Source: Lama glama (lineage: Eukaryota). From it: 64,000 bases of DNA. The position numbers were made by a program, and so were the translations under genes. Below are positions 51,390 through 64,000 of this stretch, piece after piece. The DNA is taken from positions 42,718,001-42,782,000 of the forward strand of contig CM052824.1 in NCBI GenBank assembly GCA_028534125.1, read 5' to 3'. Each line of letters opens with the position of its first letter. Within the stretch, counting starts at the first letter, position 1. The notes beneath the pieces are model-generated. The model made no database searches. It was not told the origin of the DNA and saw only the letters and a program-made list of their open reading frames with translations.

Positions 51390-51950
51390 AGCAGACACAG
51401 ACACACAGAGACCCCTAGTCACCCAGGCATAAGCACACCACCACCTGGGCCCAGGTGGACACCCAGACCCGAAACTATTGACACAAACACAGATACACAC
51501 ATCGATGAAAACTGGTGTCGCAATAGAAACACAAAAACATAGATGTCAGAAATAGACACAGAGCAGAAACACAGCCACACAGACACACAAATAGACACAG
51601 AAATGGATACTGAAAGAGACACGGCTCTGCAGCCGCAGAGAATGCCACAAACATACTCACCACAGGCACGGGGAAGAAAGCATGGGCACAGAAAGACACA
51701 CAAATGGATGAGGATGCTTGGACACACAAACACATACACACAATCATGAACATTCAGACCACAGCTAGGCCCAGGATCCCATACTGCACATACAGGTGCA
51801 TGTGTGTCCACAGAATGGACCAGGTGTGGACACACAGGTGCATGCACACAGCTCTGCTGTGGCCGCGTTGATACCTGCAGGCATAAATTCATCCTCACAC
51901 AGACATGCAGGCTCCAGCACCGTTCTTCACCCAGACACAGATGCAGCCTC
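51390..51950. repeat. Degenerate CA-rich low-complexity region
   Basis: Repeated acacag/gacacac/cacaca units. Confidence 0.75.
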
Positions 51951-54900
51951 AGGCACTGGCAGCCCAGAGGGCTGGGCAGGGATCTGGTAGAGCAGAGGTA
52001 GCAATGGTGGGGTAGGGGGAGTCTCAGCCCAGTGGGTCTAGAATGGAGCAGGCAGCTGGCAGGCCCTACCCTGGCTTCTGAGTGGGGCTGACCTGAGGCT
52101 GAGGCTGAATCTGGTCATCTCTGTTCTGGGACTCCCCTGGCTGCACCCAGAGAGCATGTATGTTCTGGACTCTCAGGGGTAGACCTCTGCCATTCAGGTG
52201 GAAGTGGCCACACCCCTCAGCCCTGCCTCCACAGCCAGCCCTCCCGCAGGGCCCAACCAGTCCTGAGCAAGCTGCGTGCAGGGTGAGTGGAGAGCTTGTG
52301 CAGTGTCCCCACCTCCCTGGCAGTCTCCCTGCTGGTTGCTCGCTGATCCATCAGCCTGGCTGGTTTCTTCACAAGCCCTTATCCGTATCTGTTTGTCTTG
52401 TCTCTCCATCCCCACCCCCGCCTGCCAACTTTGAGTGCAGGAGTCTGTGCCCAGTGCCTAGAACTATGCTTGACACAGAGTAGGGGCTCAGAATTATTAC
52501 CATTGGTTGAATAAGTGAACACACAGGTCTTTGTTACAGCTGTGTATTTATACTCAGCCACACCTCACTTATCCAGAAGTTGGACACCTGGCAGCTTCAG
52601 TTATCTGGAACAACCAACAAATTCAAAACACCCTGAAGCTACCAAAATGCAAACCACAGGATTATGTTCTATAGCACAAATATAATAGTAGTAATTATTA
52701 TTAATTATTGCAATTTGAATCAGAAGTGCTCCCTTCACATCCTCACTCAGAGAACAGAGACTCCTGTCACCGACACGCCTGGTGATCGGGTTCCCCACCC
52801 GTATGGGGCAGGGCAGGACACTAGGAGGGGTGGGGACACTGCTAGAAGCAGGAACCCTGACAACAGCAAGAAGAAACATGCAGAGCTTGGAAAACACTGA
52901 TAATCAGACTGGGGAACTGCAGGGGAGAGCAGGCTGGACCTGAGTACAGGGCAAAGCATCTCGAGGTATGTCCCGGGGTTAGCATTTACAGGGGCGAGAG
53001 GGGGGCCCCAGACATGGAGCAAACTTAACGTGCGCTCCACGGTCCATGTTTTACAATTGCAGGGACCAGGCTTGGAGGTGCATTTTATTGATTGCTTTTT
53101 AAAACCTGCTTTGATTTAGTGCAGAAAAATAAACAGAGACACCTGTCTATTATGAAGATTAAGTGAGAGGTTGGATGGAAGCTTCTGGCACAAGTTGGAC
53201 ATACAGTAGGGGCTCAAGGAATGGGAGTTGTGGTCACTCTTAGGAAAGCCCCTTTTCCAAAGTCCTGGAGGCCAGACGTGGACTCCTGTCGCCTACTCCG
53301 AAGTACAGCGCATGTTCTAAACACTTGGGCTTTGGACCACGCACCTGAGGAGGAGAAAGCTCATATAACTACACATGGGGCCATCTGCACTGGGCCCTGC
53401 TGAATATGAAAGGAGATAGCCTCCTTGACTAGGCCAACCTTCAATAAAATGCAGCCCAGTGAGGCTGATTGTTGTCACCCTGTGGCCCACTAGGACTGGA
53501 GGGTTTTTTTCACATTGAACTGAGCCTCAGCCTATCGCAATGTCCTCCCAGCCTGGTACCTGGTATCTTGAACTCCTCCCAGATCCTGGGCCAAGGGGAT
53601 GAGGCACAATGTGCTTCTGGCAGGGAAGAGAGGACTCCTTCTCCGTCCAAATTTCTGGGAAAGTGATTCCAGCTGCCAGCCCAGACCCGTGCGGGGTAAT
53701 GGATGGCCTCTCTTTCACGCGCTCTGGGAGACGGGTCCCTCCTCAATCTGCTGCAGTGTCATTAAGAGAGAACACATTTGCTCCGTGGGGCTCCTGAAGG
53801 CCTTTACAAACTGCAACTTAAACACCAACCAGGAAGGGCTGCTCAAGGCTTAACCCTTTCCTTCCCAGCACAGGCCCGGGCCTCAGCCAGATGGGTCTAC
53901 CAATCACTGGGCTTAACTCCCTGGGAGCCCCTGGGTCCCCTTTCCAGGCTCTTCTCAGCCCAGTGAGCCAGTGGGTGTGAAGGTGGCGGGAGGATGAAGG
54001 GAGAAGCGGAATCCTTGACACCTGAGTCACTCAGTTTAGGTGTCTGTAGACAGGGGCCCCTCCCCAGGCTGCTTAGCGAGCAGAGCACTGGCAGGGGAGG
54101 GGGATAGCACTTTGGGGGCTGAGTGACTTTGAGCCACTCCCTTAACCTCTCTGTGCTGAGTTCTTACAGGGCAGAGGAGCCGGCGGAGGGGCCTCCCAGC
54201 TCTGAGGTTCTAGGGTCTGTGTTTCATGGCAAGTGGAGTCTGGTGGTCTTCCCTGAGAGGTGTGATGTGTCCTTGGTCCCCTGGATCCCTGCACTGAAGC
54301 CTGCTCCCCACTGGGACCACATGTGATCAGAGAGGGAGGCCACCTCTGGGGACAGCAAGTGACCTGGATGAGCAGACAGAAGGGAGAAAGCCCCTGTGAC
54401 AGAGACCCCCCCTGGGAGCCCAGCACTATGCCAGGACCCCCATCCATGCGCGCGCACACACGCACACACACACAACACCCCACGTCAGCCTCACGGCAAC
54501 CCTGTGAGGAGGGGGTGTTGTCACCTCCACTTCACAGCTGACAACGCTGAGGCCCCAAGTGCTGGAGGAACTTGTTCAATGTCACCCCAAAAGCAAGTTA
54601 TGTACATATCTGTCTGATTCCAAACCCAGACTCTTATCTATCACACCACTAGCAGGAGCACACAGGAGAGAGAGGTCTCACTTTGACCCTCCCCATCCCA
54701 CCTCCTGCTTCTGCACCTGCAGTCTCCCCCTCCTAGCATGTATTTTCCTCCCCTATCCAAGTCTCCAGGAAGACTTCCTTGCCTCCTCCAGGAAGTCCTC
54801 CCTGATGTCTGACAGCCAAACCCCCGATGCCTCCGCCCAGCTGGCTCTCTGGTTGTTCAATTTCCCAGCACACGTTTAGATTTTGGTGCCATGAGGCCCA

Positions 54901-56098
54901 GACACAGACATCAGCTCATTTCATTATCTAACCAGATTAATTGATACTTACTAGGTGCTGACTTGGAGCCAGGCAACGCGGAGCCCACATAGGAAACGGG
55001 AACAAGCATCTAGTGAGCTCCTGCAGATGCCCCCCACCCCTGTGCCCAGTGGGAGCCCATGTGGGGTCCCTACCAGCCCTTCATCCTGTTGGAAGATGAG
55101 GAACCCAAGGCCCAGAGATGGGGGTGGGTTGGGGTGTGCTCAGTTCCCGCAGTGAGTCAGTGGTGGGGATTCAAAACCAGGCCAGACTTCAAATCCACTT
55201 CGCCCCCTTACCTGCCCCAAGAACTCCTTAAACCCCCTTGGCTGGCTCAGAACTGGTCCCATGGCCTGGAGCCTTCTGGTCACACAAGTGGGGCTCAGGC
55301 GGCCACAGCTGTGCAGAGAGAGGAGTGGGACAGGAGGCAGCAAGGCAGGACCCTTACATCACCCCTCAGTGACACCCAGGGCCATGTCACTCCTCAGTGA
55401 AATGCTCTATTTAGTCCAAGCTGTGCCTCCACCCAGGGACTCTGTCCACACCCTACCCCCAAACTGTCCCCAGGGCCCCGCTCCAGCTGAGAAGCCTCAG
55501 GGCATAAATGAATTGTCTTCAGGCTTCTGGCTCCAGGCGCTCTTTTCTCTTGCTTTCCCGGACTGCTCCCTCTCCAGCTGATCCTCAGAGAAATGTTCAA
55601 GGAGCAGGTGGCACTGCTGGTCCTGGCCCGGGACTGGTGCCTGGTGGGAGCTCCCACCCTGGGAGCTGGTAACGATGTGACCCAGTGTGAGAAGGGGGTG
55701 TCTTCCGTGTGTCACAGACATGTGTCTGCACAGAGTGCAGTGATGCTTTCGTGCTCTGGACCGGGGCTCGGGGGCCGTGCAGGGCGGCAGGAGTGAGTCC
55801 CGGCTTTGCTGATGGAGGCCTTCCCTGGTGAGGAGAGGCACCTTACAAAGCCCTGGGCACCTCCTCACAGGCTTCATACTCTCAGTCGGCCTCCATTTGA
55901 AGGAAGTGGGGAGAGGCTGAGAGAGAAAAAGTCGAATTCCAAACTGCAACAGCCAAAAGGGGTCCCCAGATCAATTATAAGTCATTGCTACAGGTGGGGA
56001 AACTGAGGTTCACAGAAAGTGCCAAAGGCCTCACACAGCCAGCTGGTGGCAGAGCCAGGACTAACCCAGGGCTCCTGCCTGTCAGGGCAGCCCTGTGA

Positions 56099-56101
<3 letters not shown>

Positions 56102-56137
<36 letters not shown>

Positions 56138-56160
56138 TGAATGTGTGTGTGTGTGTGTGT
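56102..56160. repeat. (TG)n microsatellite, interrupted
   Basis: tgtgtg run broken by agtgaa. Confidence 0.95.
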
Positions 56161-57649
56161 CTTAGGGTGAGTACACGATTGTCCTAAACTGTATAGGACA
56201 GTCACTGCGCAGGTGTAGTTTGACTGTCTGAGCCCGGGCCCCTTCTCAGGGAGCTGTCTGGTCCTGAGAGGAGGAGGGGCAGGATGAAGGCAGAAAACCC
56301 ATTCTTCTTTATTTGGTCTTTAGATTATGGAATGAAAATTAAATCTAAACTCTTTGCAGGGAGGTAATTTTTCCTAATCACTCACCCTGCTGCACAGATC
56401 TCCACAACTTGATTATGTCTAATTAGATTAATTGGATGGAAAGTGATTTCTTTTCTCCGAGAATATGAACTACAGAGAAGGGGGTGCTGTTTGAGAACCG
56501 GTGACTCCCTGCCCCCCAAAAAGTCCGGCCTGGTGAGGGGGGCCGGGAGGTCCTTGCGCCAGGCCTCGCTCAAGCCTTGCCTCCCTCTGCTCCTCTCTCC
56601 TTGTTGCTGGCTCTGTCACTGAGTCCCTTTCAGTGTCTGTCTGCCCCTGTCCCCAACTATCTCCTGGTTTGGGTCTCAGTGGTCCCAGATTGGAGTCCTG
56701 ACCATCCCGGGGGTTCACCCTCCTGCACCCATTCTCTGCCAGGAGGTGACAGGGGCTCTCCCTGCATTACTGAGAGGTGTGACAAGGAGGAAAGAGGCAC
56801 CGCAGGACTTGCTCAAGGTCACCTACCACAGCAGCTGGGGTTGAGGTGTGGGGTCACATGGTTGAGCACCTGCAGAGGGTGGGTTGCAGGGCCAGGCTGG
56901 GCCACACCAGCTGCTGGGATCAGGGAGTTTTGGGCTGGAGGAATGGGGTCCAGGCAGTTCTGGACCAGGGCCAGCCATACTAGGGCAGAGGGTGGCTGAA
57001 GGATCTGGTCAGCCCAGCCCTCCTACAGCGCAGGATGGGCACTGCCACCTGCAGGGGCCCATGGTAGAGAGTCCCTGGCTCCAGACACTGCTCCTTCCAG
57101 GGTCCTGGACATGGCTCAGCATCCCCGCCCCTTCCGTTGCTGGAGCTGAAAAGCTGGGCCATCCTCAGCTACTGCCTCCCTGCATCCCCACCTAGGCATT
57201 CTCCCTGTCCTGCCTTCCCCGCTGTCTCTCCACGCTTGTATCTCCTGTCCACACTGTCCCCACCTAGTCCAGGGCACCATCTTCTCTCCCCAAATGCTGT
57301 ACAGCTGCCCTGATGCCCTGCACCCAGCACCCCTCCCCACTCCAGTGTACCATCTACAGCTTAAATTAAAGCACCAGGCCCCCTCTCAAAGACCTCCCAC
57401 TGCTCTGAGGACTAAAATACCAACAATCCACGTGGAATGCAAGGCTCTTATAAACTGGCAACTCCAACCTCCCCAGCCCCATCTCTCACCACCCTCCACT
57501 CCTATTCTGACCCCACAGACCTAGCTGTGTACAGGTCTTTGCATGTGCTGGTCTGTCTTCCGGGAACACCCTTTCCAGGCCTCCCCCAGCCTGACACCAG
57601 CTTTTTTCACAGCTTTGCTCAGTGGGCAATGCTAACATCTGGTGAGTAT

Positions 57650-57835
57650 TGAACCAATGTGTATGTTTCAGGCTGTGAGTATTGCATGATTATCTCATTT
57701 AATACAACTGCCCTGTGGGGAATCATTATTATCCCCATTTTACAGAAGAAGAAACTGAACTTCAGAGACATGAGGTACCTGGCCAAAGTCACTAGGCTGG
57801 GAAGCGGTGGAGCTGGGATTTGAACCCAGGTCATT
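57650..57835 (-). mobile_element. MIR SINE
   Basis: attattatccccattttacagaagaagaaactga...ggagctgggatttgaacccagg. Confidence 0.85.
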
Positions 57836-59976
57836 TGTCAACTATCCCCATCCCACCCACCCTCTCTCAGATTAGGGGTCTCTCCTCCACCCTCCAGTGT
57901 TTCCCCTATAAAAGTATTTGCCAGACTATTTCCCCATCACCCCATCAGGCCACCTGTCTCTGTTCCCTAGAGCCCAGCAGGGGTTAGCCATGTGGTAGAC
58001 ACTTGGCTAGAGTCTGCTGACTAAGGAAATCCAGTGGCAGCCCTGCTGGCTTCTGGGCCCCTCCCTCTCATAACTCTCACCCCCGCCTGCCACCAATATC
58101 CTGATTTTCAAGGCCTTTAACCCAAATAGAGTTTTACAGTTCATTTGAGTTAATCGCAGCTGCCCTTTCTGGAAACCCTCTTCCACAAATTGCCTGCAGA
58201 GAGGCAGGCATGCTGCTGGCAGCTCTCCCAACCCCAAGACCTCACTCCATCCTAGTGCCCTGGACCTCCAGGAGGGGAAATAAGACTGGCCTGAAGAGTA
58301 TGGCTACCCCAGGCTCAAAACTCCACTAGATCAGGAGGCTGTGGCCTTTCCAGGGGTCTCTGAGGCAGAGAGGACTGTTTGGTCCCTGAGCACAAGGTGG
58401 AAGCTTTCGGATGAGCTTGGCAAAGCCCCTGGTCACATCGTCAGCCTCACTTCCAGCCAGCCTCCCCGGGCTCCAGGCACTTTGGCTCCTTGCAGTGCCT
58501 CCCACACTCAGTTCCTTTTCTTCCTGCTAGCCCTTCTCCCCAAAATCCCCTTCCTCTACCTGTCACTTGTCTAATTCCAGCTCACACTTTAAGGCTCTGC
58601 TCAGGTATCACCTCCTCCCGGAAGCCTTTCCTCAGGACCCCCACAACCTCTGGGCTTACCCAGCTCATAGCACTTCCAGCTAGTCTTCCTTTGTGCTCCT
58701 CCCCACTCCCCAGCTCCTTTAGCCTAGCAGCTCCTCAAGGGCAGAGATAGCACGGGAGAGCACCAGATGCCCAGAGCCTGGGGCCAGGTCTCCCAGAGAA
58801 GGCACATTAGCATGGGATCACACCTGTACTATCCCAAGGTCATGGTGGTTGGTTGGGATCTGGAGAGGTGGAGGAGCCCAAACCTGGCATGTGGAGCCAT
58901 GTCCTGGCCTCCCAAATGACGACTTGCTCATCTCTCTCTCTCACTGTATGTCCTTAAACACTCAGCTCCTTACACTATAAAAGGGATGGTGGAAGGGGAA
59001 ACAACTCCAGGAAACCTAAACTTTGGCCAAGGAATTCAGAGATTCTGGGAGGTACTGGTGCCTGGCCCTCTGCCCTGACTCATCTAGCATCTTAATGGAT
59101 GTAGGTCACCATCAGAGCAAGATGGACATTGCCCACACAGCCTTAGCAGTCCACTCCTCCCCACCATCACTCCTGAGGTGACCTGACCACACTGGCAGTC
59201 TCGCTGTCCAGGCCTAGATCAGCCCTCACCCACAGTGTGATGGCTAAGCCCCAACCTCTGGGGTTCCTCACCAATTTTTGACCCTAAGCTTTGTCCTTTC
59301 TTCAAGATATCCTGTATTCAGTAACAGTCATCTCCCCATTCCAGCCCTCCCTACATTCAAAAGGCATTCACTAAGCCCCTGCCTTTCTGTCTCTGACATT
59401 GCCAGGGATACTGTGGTAAACAAGGCAGGCAAAGTCCCTGGCTTCTTGTTGCTGGCATTTCATTGAAAGAGACAGACAAGCAATAACAAGTGAAAAAAAA
59501 ATAGAAAATTTAGAGCGTGATGGGTTCTCGGAAGGAAAGGGGGCAGAAGAACGTGATGGAAAAGGACTTCCTCTATCCTTGGTCAGATGCCATCATTTCT
59601 CACCTGAGTTTTTCAATAGTCTCCTGGAGAGTCTCCTGGCCTCCAGGCTTGTCCCCATAAGTCCACATTTAAGCAAGTATGTCCCTTGCCTGTCTTATCT
59701 CCCCATGTTGACTGTAGCTCCTTGTCAGGGAGGTCCTGTGTTCTCTCCTTTCTTACAGCTCAAGGATAAGAAGATGTGATTAGGAGAAAAGGCCAACAGA
59801 GATGTGGCCTCACAACTGTGCTGTTGATCCAGGAACAAGTTGGGCAGCTCATGGGAAGAGGAGTAATCTGCTATCACGTTATATAATGGAGGTGCCAGCA
59901 ATGTAGCCAGAACCAAAGGGGGTCAAGTTCAAGGAGGACAAATGCTGAGATGAAGGATAGTTTCATAAGGCTGTGT

Positions 59977-59997
59977 TTCAGCACCATGGAGAGCTCT
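59977..59997 (+). promoter_or_regulatory. REST/NRSF binding site (RE1/NRSE)
   Basis: TTCAGCACCATGGAGAGCTCT versus consensus TTCAGCACCnnGGA(C/G)AGCnCC, with both half-sites and the canonical 2-bp spacer. Confidence 0.75.
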
Positions 59998-60442
59998 GCG
60001 GGCCAATGGATGGCTTTCCTCTTCAGCATTCTGGGGCTACCCATTTGCTTCTGTCTTTGGGTGGAATTAATCTGTCTACTAAAGGAAATTGGAGTCAGGC
60101 TACATGTATTCATCTTCTGCACCTATCACTTAGCAGTTGTTTGAACTGGGTCTCATTTCTTAATCTCTCTATGCTTTGGTTGCTGTGTCTGGCAAATGAA
60201 GATAAGAGTACCTACTTACAGGGTTGTGATGAGGATTAAATGAAATGATGAGGATCAAAAACTTAGCACTGAGATTTGTACATGTTAAGTGCTTTGAAAG
60301 TTTATTATTACTGTTATTTTTATTATCATCCTCAATAGATTTTCTTTATAATGGGGAGGGACTATGCTTCAGAGGGAATTCATATCCCCTGGGGTCTAAC
60401 AACCTTGTTGGGGGATTTTTTGAGGGGAGGGATTTTGAGCTA

Positions 60443-60826
60443 TGTCTTAGTAAGCTCAGGCTGCTATAACAAATACCATAGATTGGGGGTCTTAAACAAT
60501 AGACACAGTTCTGGAGGCTAAGTCCAAGGTCAAGGCACTGATAGATCTGGTGAGATCTCTAGTGAGAGCCTAGCTTGCAGAAAGCTGTCTTCTCATAGCT
60601 CATTTATGTGGCAAGATAGCAGAGAGAAAAAAGATCTCTCCTCTCTCCTCTCTCTTTTTATAAGGACATTAGTCCCACAATGATGGCTCCACCCTCATGT
60701 CCTAATTATTTCCCAAAGGTCACACCTCAAAATACCACCACAATGAGGATTAGGATTTCAACATATGAATTTGGTGATGAGGGTAGGGGTGGATGCCTGG
60801 GAGGACATAGACATCATTCCATAGCA
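60443..60826 (-). mobile_element. MLT1A/B-type MaLR solo LTR
   Basis: tgtcttagt...gctgctataacaaataccataga...gttctggaggct...aagtccaaggtcaaggc...tttcaacatatgaattt...ccatagca. Confidence 0.88.
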
Positions 60827-61260
60827 GGATATTTGATAGATTAAGAAATGCCAAGCTGATCCTGTTACCAGCTTTTTTTAATGAGCTGTCTTACTTTAAA
60901 TGAAGCCATATAAACATTCCAGACTCCATTCCTCATGTGAAAATGAGACTTATTTAATCCATATGGTTAGAATTTTTTTCTTTTCCTTTCCTTCTCTTTT
61001 TTTCTTCTTGTTTCCTTCCTTCCTTTCTTCCTTTTCCTCTATAAGAATATAGTATTCATAGATCAGGTAACCAGAACAAATTATACATTTTGTTTATTTC
61101 TTAATATCAGATAATCTAGTTATTTGGTTATCCATTCAGGCATATCACTCATTTCTATTGTATTAAATACCAATTTGTGAATAGAGATAGAAATTGCATC
61201 AGAATTTAAAGACATTCCATTATCAGAAAAATAAAATAAAATAAATAAAACTTACCTCTC

Positions 61261-62119
61261 TGAAGTAGGGTTCCTTCTGNNNNNNNNNNNNNNNNNNNNN
61301 NNNNNNNNNNNNNNNNNNNNNNNNNNNNNNNNNNNNNNNNNNNNNNNNNNNNNNNNNNNNNNNNNNNNNNNNNNNNNNNNNNNNNNNNNNNNNNNNNNNN
61401 NNNNNNNNNNNNNNNNNNNNNNNNNNNNNNNNNNNNNNNNNNNNNNNNNNNNNNNATGATGGCCANNNNNNNNNNNNNNNNNNNNNNNNNNNNNNNNNNN
61501 NNNNNNNNNNNNNNNNNNNNNNNNNNNNNNNNNNNNNNNNNNNNNNNNNNNNNNNNNNNNNNNNNNNNNNNNNNNNNNNNNNNNNNNNNNNNNNNNNNNN
61601 NNNNNNNNNNNNNNNNNNNNNNNNNNNNNNNNNNNNNNNNNNNNNNNNNNNNNNNNNNNNNNNNNNNNNNNNNNNNTTGAAGCAGCATGGATGTTCCTGG
61701 AGAATGTCATTCTAAGCGAAGCAAGCCAGAAAGAGAAAGAAAAATATCATATGAGATCTCTCATGTGTGGAATCTAAAAAAAAATTTTAAATGAACATAA
61801 GTACAAAACAGAAACAGACTCATAGATATAGAATACAAACTTGTGATTACAAAGGGGGCAGGGGGTGGGAAGGGACAGACTGGGATTTCAAAATGTGTAG
61901 ATACTGACAGGCATATGCAGAATAGATAAACAAGATTATACTGTATAGCACAGGAAATACATACAAGATCTTGTGGTAGTTCACAGCAAAAAAAATGTGA
62001 CAATGAATATATATATATATATGTTCATGTATAATTGAAAAATTGTACTCTACACTGGAATTTGACAGAACATTGTAAAATGACTATAACTCAATAAAAA
62101 TGTTAAAATAAAATAAAAT
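61261..62119 (+). mobile_element. Young lineage-specific (artiodactyl/camelid) L1 3' end, partly in an N gap, with TSD
   Basis: ORF2 end catggatg...ctaagcgaagcaagccagaaagagaaagaaaaatatcatatg, 3' UTR, aataaa and (taaaa)n tail; TSD aaaactta(c/a)ctctc at 61247-61260 and 62120-62133. Confidence 0.85.
61280..61677. other. Assembly gaps (61280-61455 and 61466-61677) separated by a 10-nt island
   Basis: Runs of N around atgatggcca. Confidence 0.99.
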
Positions 62120-62205
62120 AAAACTTAACTCTCACAAACAACAACAACAAAAAGAATATATTCATATATTGCTTGGTCAATTAGAAACAAAATAATATAA
62201 ATAGG

Positions 62206-62440
62206 TGTTATGGGCTGCATGTTTGTGTCCCTCCAAAATTCATATGTTGAAACCCTAGCCCCCAGTGGTATAGTATTAGGAGGTAGGACCTTTGGATGTG
62301 ATTTGGTTTAGATGGTGTCATAAGGGTGAAGCTCCCACAGTGGGATTAGTGTCCTCATAAGAAGAGACAAGAGCTCACTCACAGCCAGGTGAGGGTACAG
62401 TCAGAAGGCAGCCATCTGTAAACTAGTAAGACGGCTCTCA
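62206..62440 (+). mobile_element. MLT1A-type LTR 5' part, cut by the N gap at 62441-62619
   Basis: tgttatgggctgcatgtttgtgtccctccaaaattcatatgttgaaaccctagccccc...gtattaggaggtagg...gggattagtgtcctcataagaagagac. Confidence 0.88.
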
Positions 62441-62944
62441 NNNNNNNNNNNNNNNNNNNNNNNNNNNNNNNNNNNNNNNNNNNNNNNNNNNNNNNNNNNN
62501 NNNNNNNNNNNNNNNNNNNNNNNNNNNNNNNNNNNNNNNNNNNNNNNNNNNNNNNNNNNNNNNNNNNNNNNNNNNNNNNNNNNNNNNNNNNNNNNNNNNC
62601 TAACCAACCATGGGTCTTTGATTCTGCCTTTCCAAGAGTGCACAAAGTATTGGGCTATGATGATAAGCAGTGCCTTTGGGAAGGTCATGGGGACACCTAC
62701 TGAAAGGAGTTGGATGTCTTTGTTTTGGATACATCCAACCTCTTAATCCAACATTGGTCCTCCCCCTCTTTTTCCGATTTGTGCTCAGTGTTTTGGACCC
62801 CCTGAATCTTGATATACAGAGTCATCACTTTCTACTTTCTCATCAACCTTCAGCCACATTGGTATTCTTTCATACACTTTGATTCTTCCCCTGGGCTTTA
62901 TCATACATAAGCCCTTCCCTTTGGCAGGAATGTTCATTATCACA

Positions 62945-63450
62945 TAGGACTACTTTCAGTTGTAAGAGATAGGAACCCAATATGATTTAAATAAAATAAT
63001 ATAGGCAGGAATGGTGATAGTTTTAACTGGCTCCTTCACCTCGAAAGTCCAATTCAGGTATGGCTGGGTCCAGGGCATTAAATGATATTGTCAGGACCTT
63101 CATTTCAATCTCTTACCTGGATTTTTTTTTTTGTATTGCTTTCATTCTCAGGTGGGAGATGGCCACAGGTAGCTCCAAACATATCGCACAAACTTATCCC
63201 ACTTCTTTGCAGATAATTTAAGCAAAAGTCCTTGGTAGTTTTTCTTACTGGCACAGCTTGGATCATCTGCCCACCTCTGAACCACGAGTGACCAGGAGTG
63301 AAATTCACAGTTAATGAGGCCTGGGTGTTGTACCCACTCTGAAGCAAGAGCTTGGGGTCAGTCCCACTAATGTGAAATGAAAGTGAAGGAAGAAATTGTT
63401 TTGCAAAAGAAGATTAGGGTGTGTTAACTGTGGAAGAGGTAAAGGATGCT
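62945..63450 (-). mobile_element. Old ERVL/MaLR-type LTR remnant
   Basis: aggactactttcagttgtaagagataggaaccc...ttcaggtatggctgggtccaggg...ggatgctggtcaggcaaaa. Confidence 0.5.
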
Positions 63451-63639
63451 GGTCAGGCAAAAGAAAAAAAATAGATGCCCGTGGCTTCTCTTCTCTGTTC
63501 CCTTGGCTGATTGCCATTCATCCCTTTAGATTTCAGTTTATATGACATTTACTTAGGGAGGACCTCTCTGACTTACCGGTCTAAACCAGAACTCTTCAAT
63601 ATTTTTCTTTCCTATTTCAGTCTTAGTATATTAACAGCC

Positions 63640-63870
63640 AATATTAATTGAGCATGTACTATATGCCAGACACTATTCTGAGTATTTGACATATATTAAC
63701 AAAGTTAATTCTCATAACAACCCTAATAGGTAGTTATTTTATGATCTCAGTTATCTAGATGAGGACCTGAGGACTAGTAAGGTTAAGTAACTTGCTCAAA
63801 GTCTCACAGCCAGGACATTGCAGGGCCAGGGTTCAAACCCAGGCAGGGACTCTTCAGAGCCCACCCTCTA
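63640..63870 (-). mobile_element. MIR SINE
   Basis: ttgagcatgtactatatgccagacact...ttaattctcataacaaccct...gatgaggacctgagg...ggttaagtaacttgctcaa...ttcaaacccaggcag. Confidence 0.88.
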
Positions 63871-64000
63871 AGAAGGCTGTCCACCTTCTTACAATAATTA
63901 AGCAACAATCATGCAATAATCACACAGCGTACTTGTACTTACATGTATTATTGATGTGCTGATTTGCTCAACACCTGCCTCTGCCACCAGACTGTGAACC

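Noticed and set aside
55601-55617. CTCF-like GGAGCAGGTGGCAC
   Set aside because: Lacks the conserved 5' CC of the core; not distinguishable from chance in GC-rich DNA
59735-59960. Strong-looking splice acceptor ttctctcctttcttacag as a possible lncRNA exon
   Set aside because: No clear partner donor or coding signal; cannot be supported without transcript data
60443-62440. Two MLT1A-like LTRs as a possible provirus
   Set aside because: Opposite orientations and no internal MaLR sequence; these are independent solo LTRs
1-64000. CRISPR arrays, rRNA, operons or other prokaryotic systems
   Set aside because: Sequence is mammalian; no regularly spaced repeat-spacer array or rRNA similarity seen

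Overview
Mammalian genomic DNA, most likely camelid (alpaca/camel), judged from a Vic-1-type SINE at 11026-11138 and a young artiodactyl-type L1 3' end at 61678-62119. The window is GC-rich and gene-poor, with many old repeats (MIR, L2, L3/CR1, L1M, MLT1 LTRs, MER20, a Tigger MITE), an AT-rich L1 block at about 39-47 kb and five N gaps. No complete protein-coding gene is visible. The ORF track looks like noise apart from L1 ORF2 remnants and one real hit: a single 158-bp exon (38220-38377) with intact AG/GT splice sites, encoding a diverged copy of the PTPRU juxtamembrane segment. I found no other PTPRU exon in the 64 kb, so it looks like an orphan duplicated exon. About 9 kb downstream is a 280-bp inverted duplication (47378-47655 / 48228-48515, about 94% identical) whose mismatches mostly give G:U pairs in a minus-strand hairpin and whose outer end abuts a 5'-truncated ERV LTR. 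Other signals are a near-consensus REST/RE1 site (59977-59997), several repeat-free homeodomain-motif islands that look like developmental enhancers, nuclear-receptor half-site arrays and a probable twin-primed L1. Repeat family names and most repeat boundaries come from recalled consensus sequences and are approximate.
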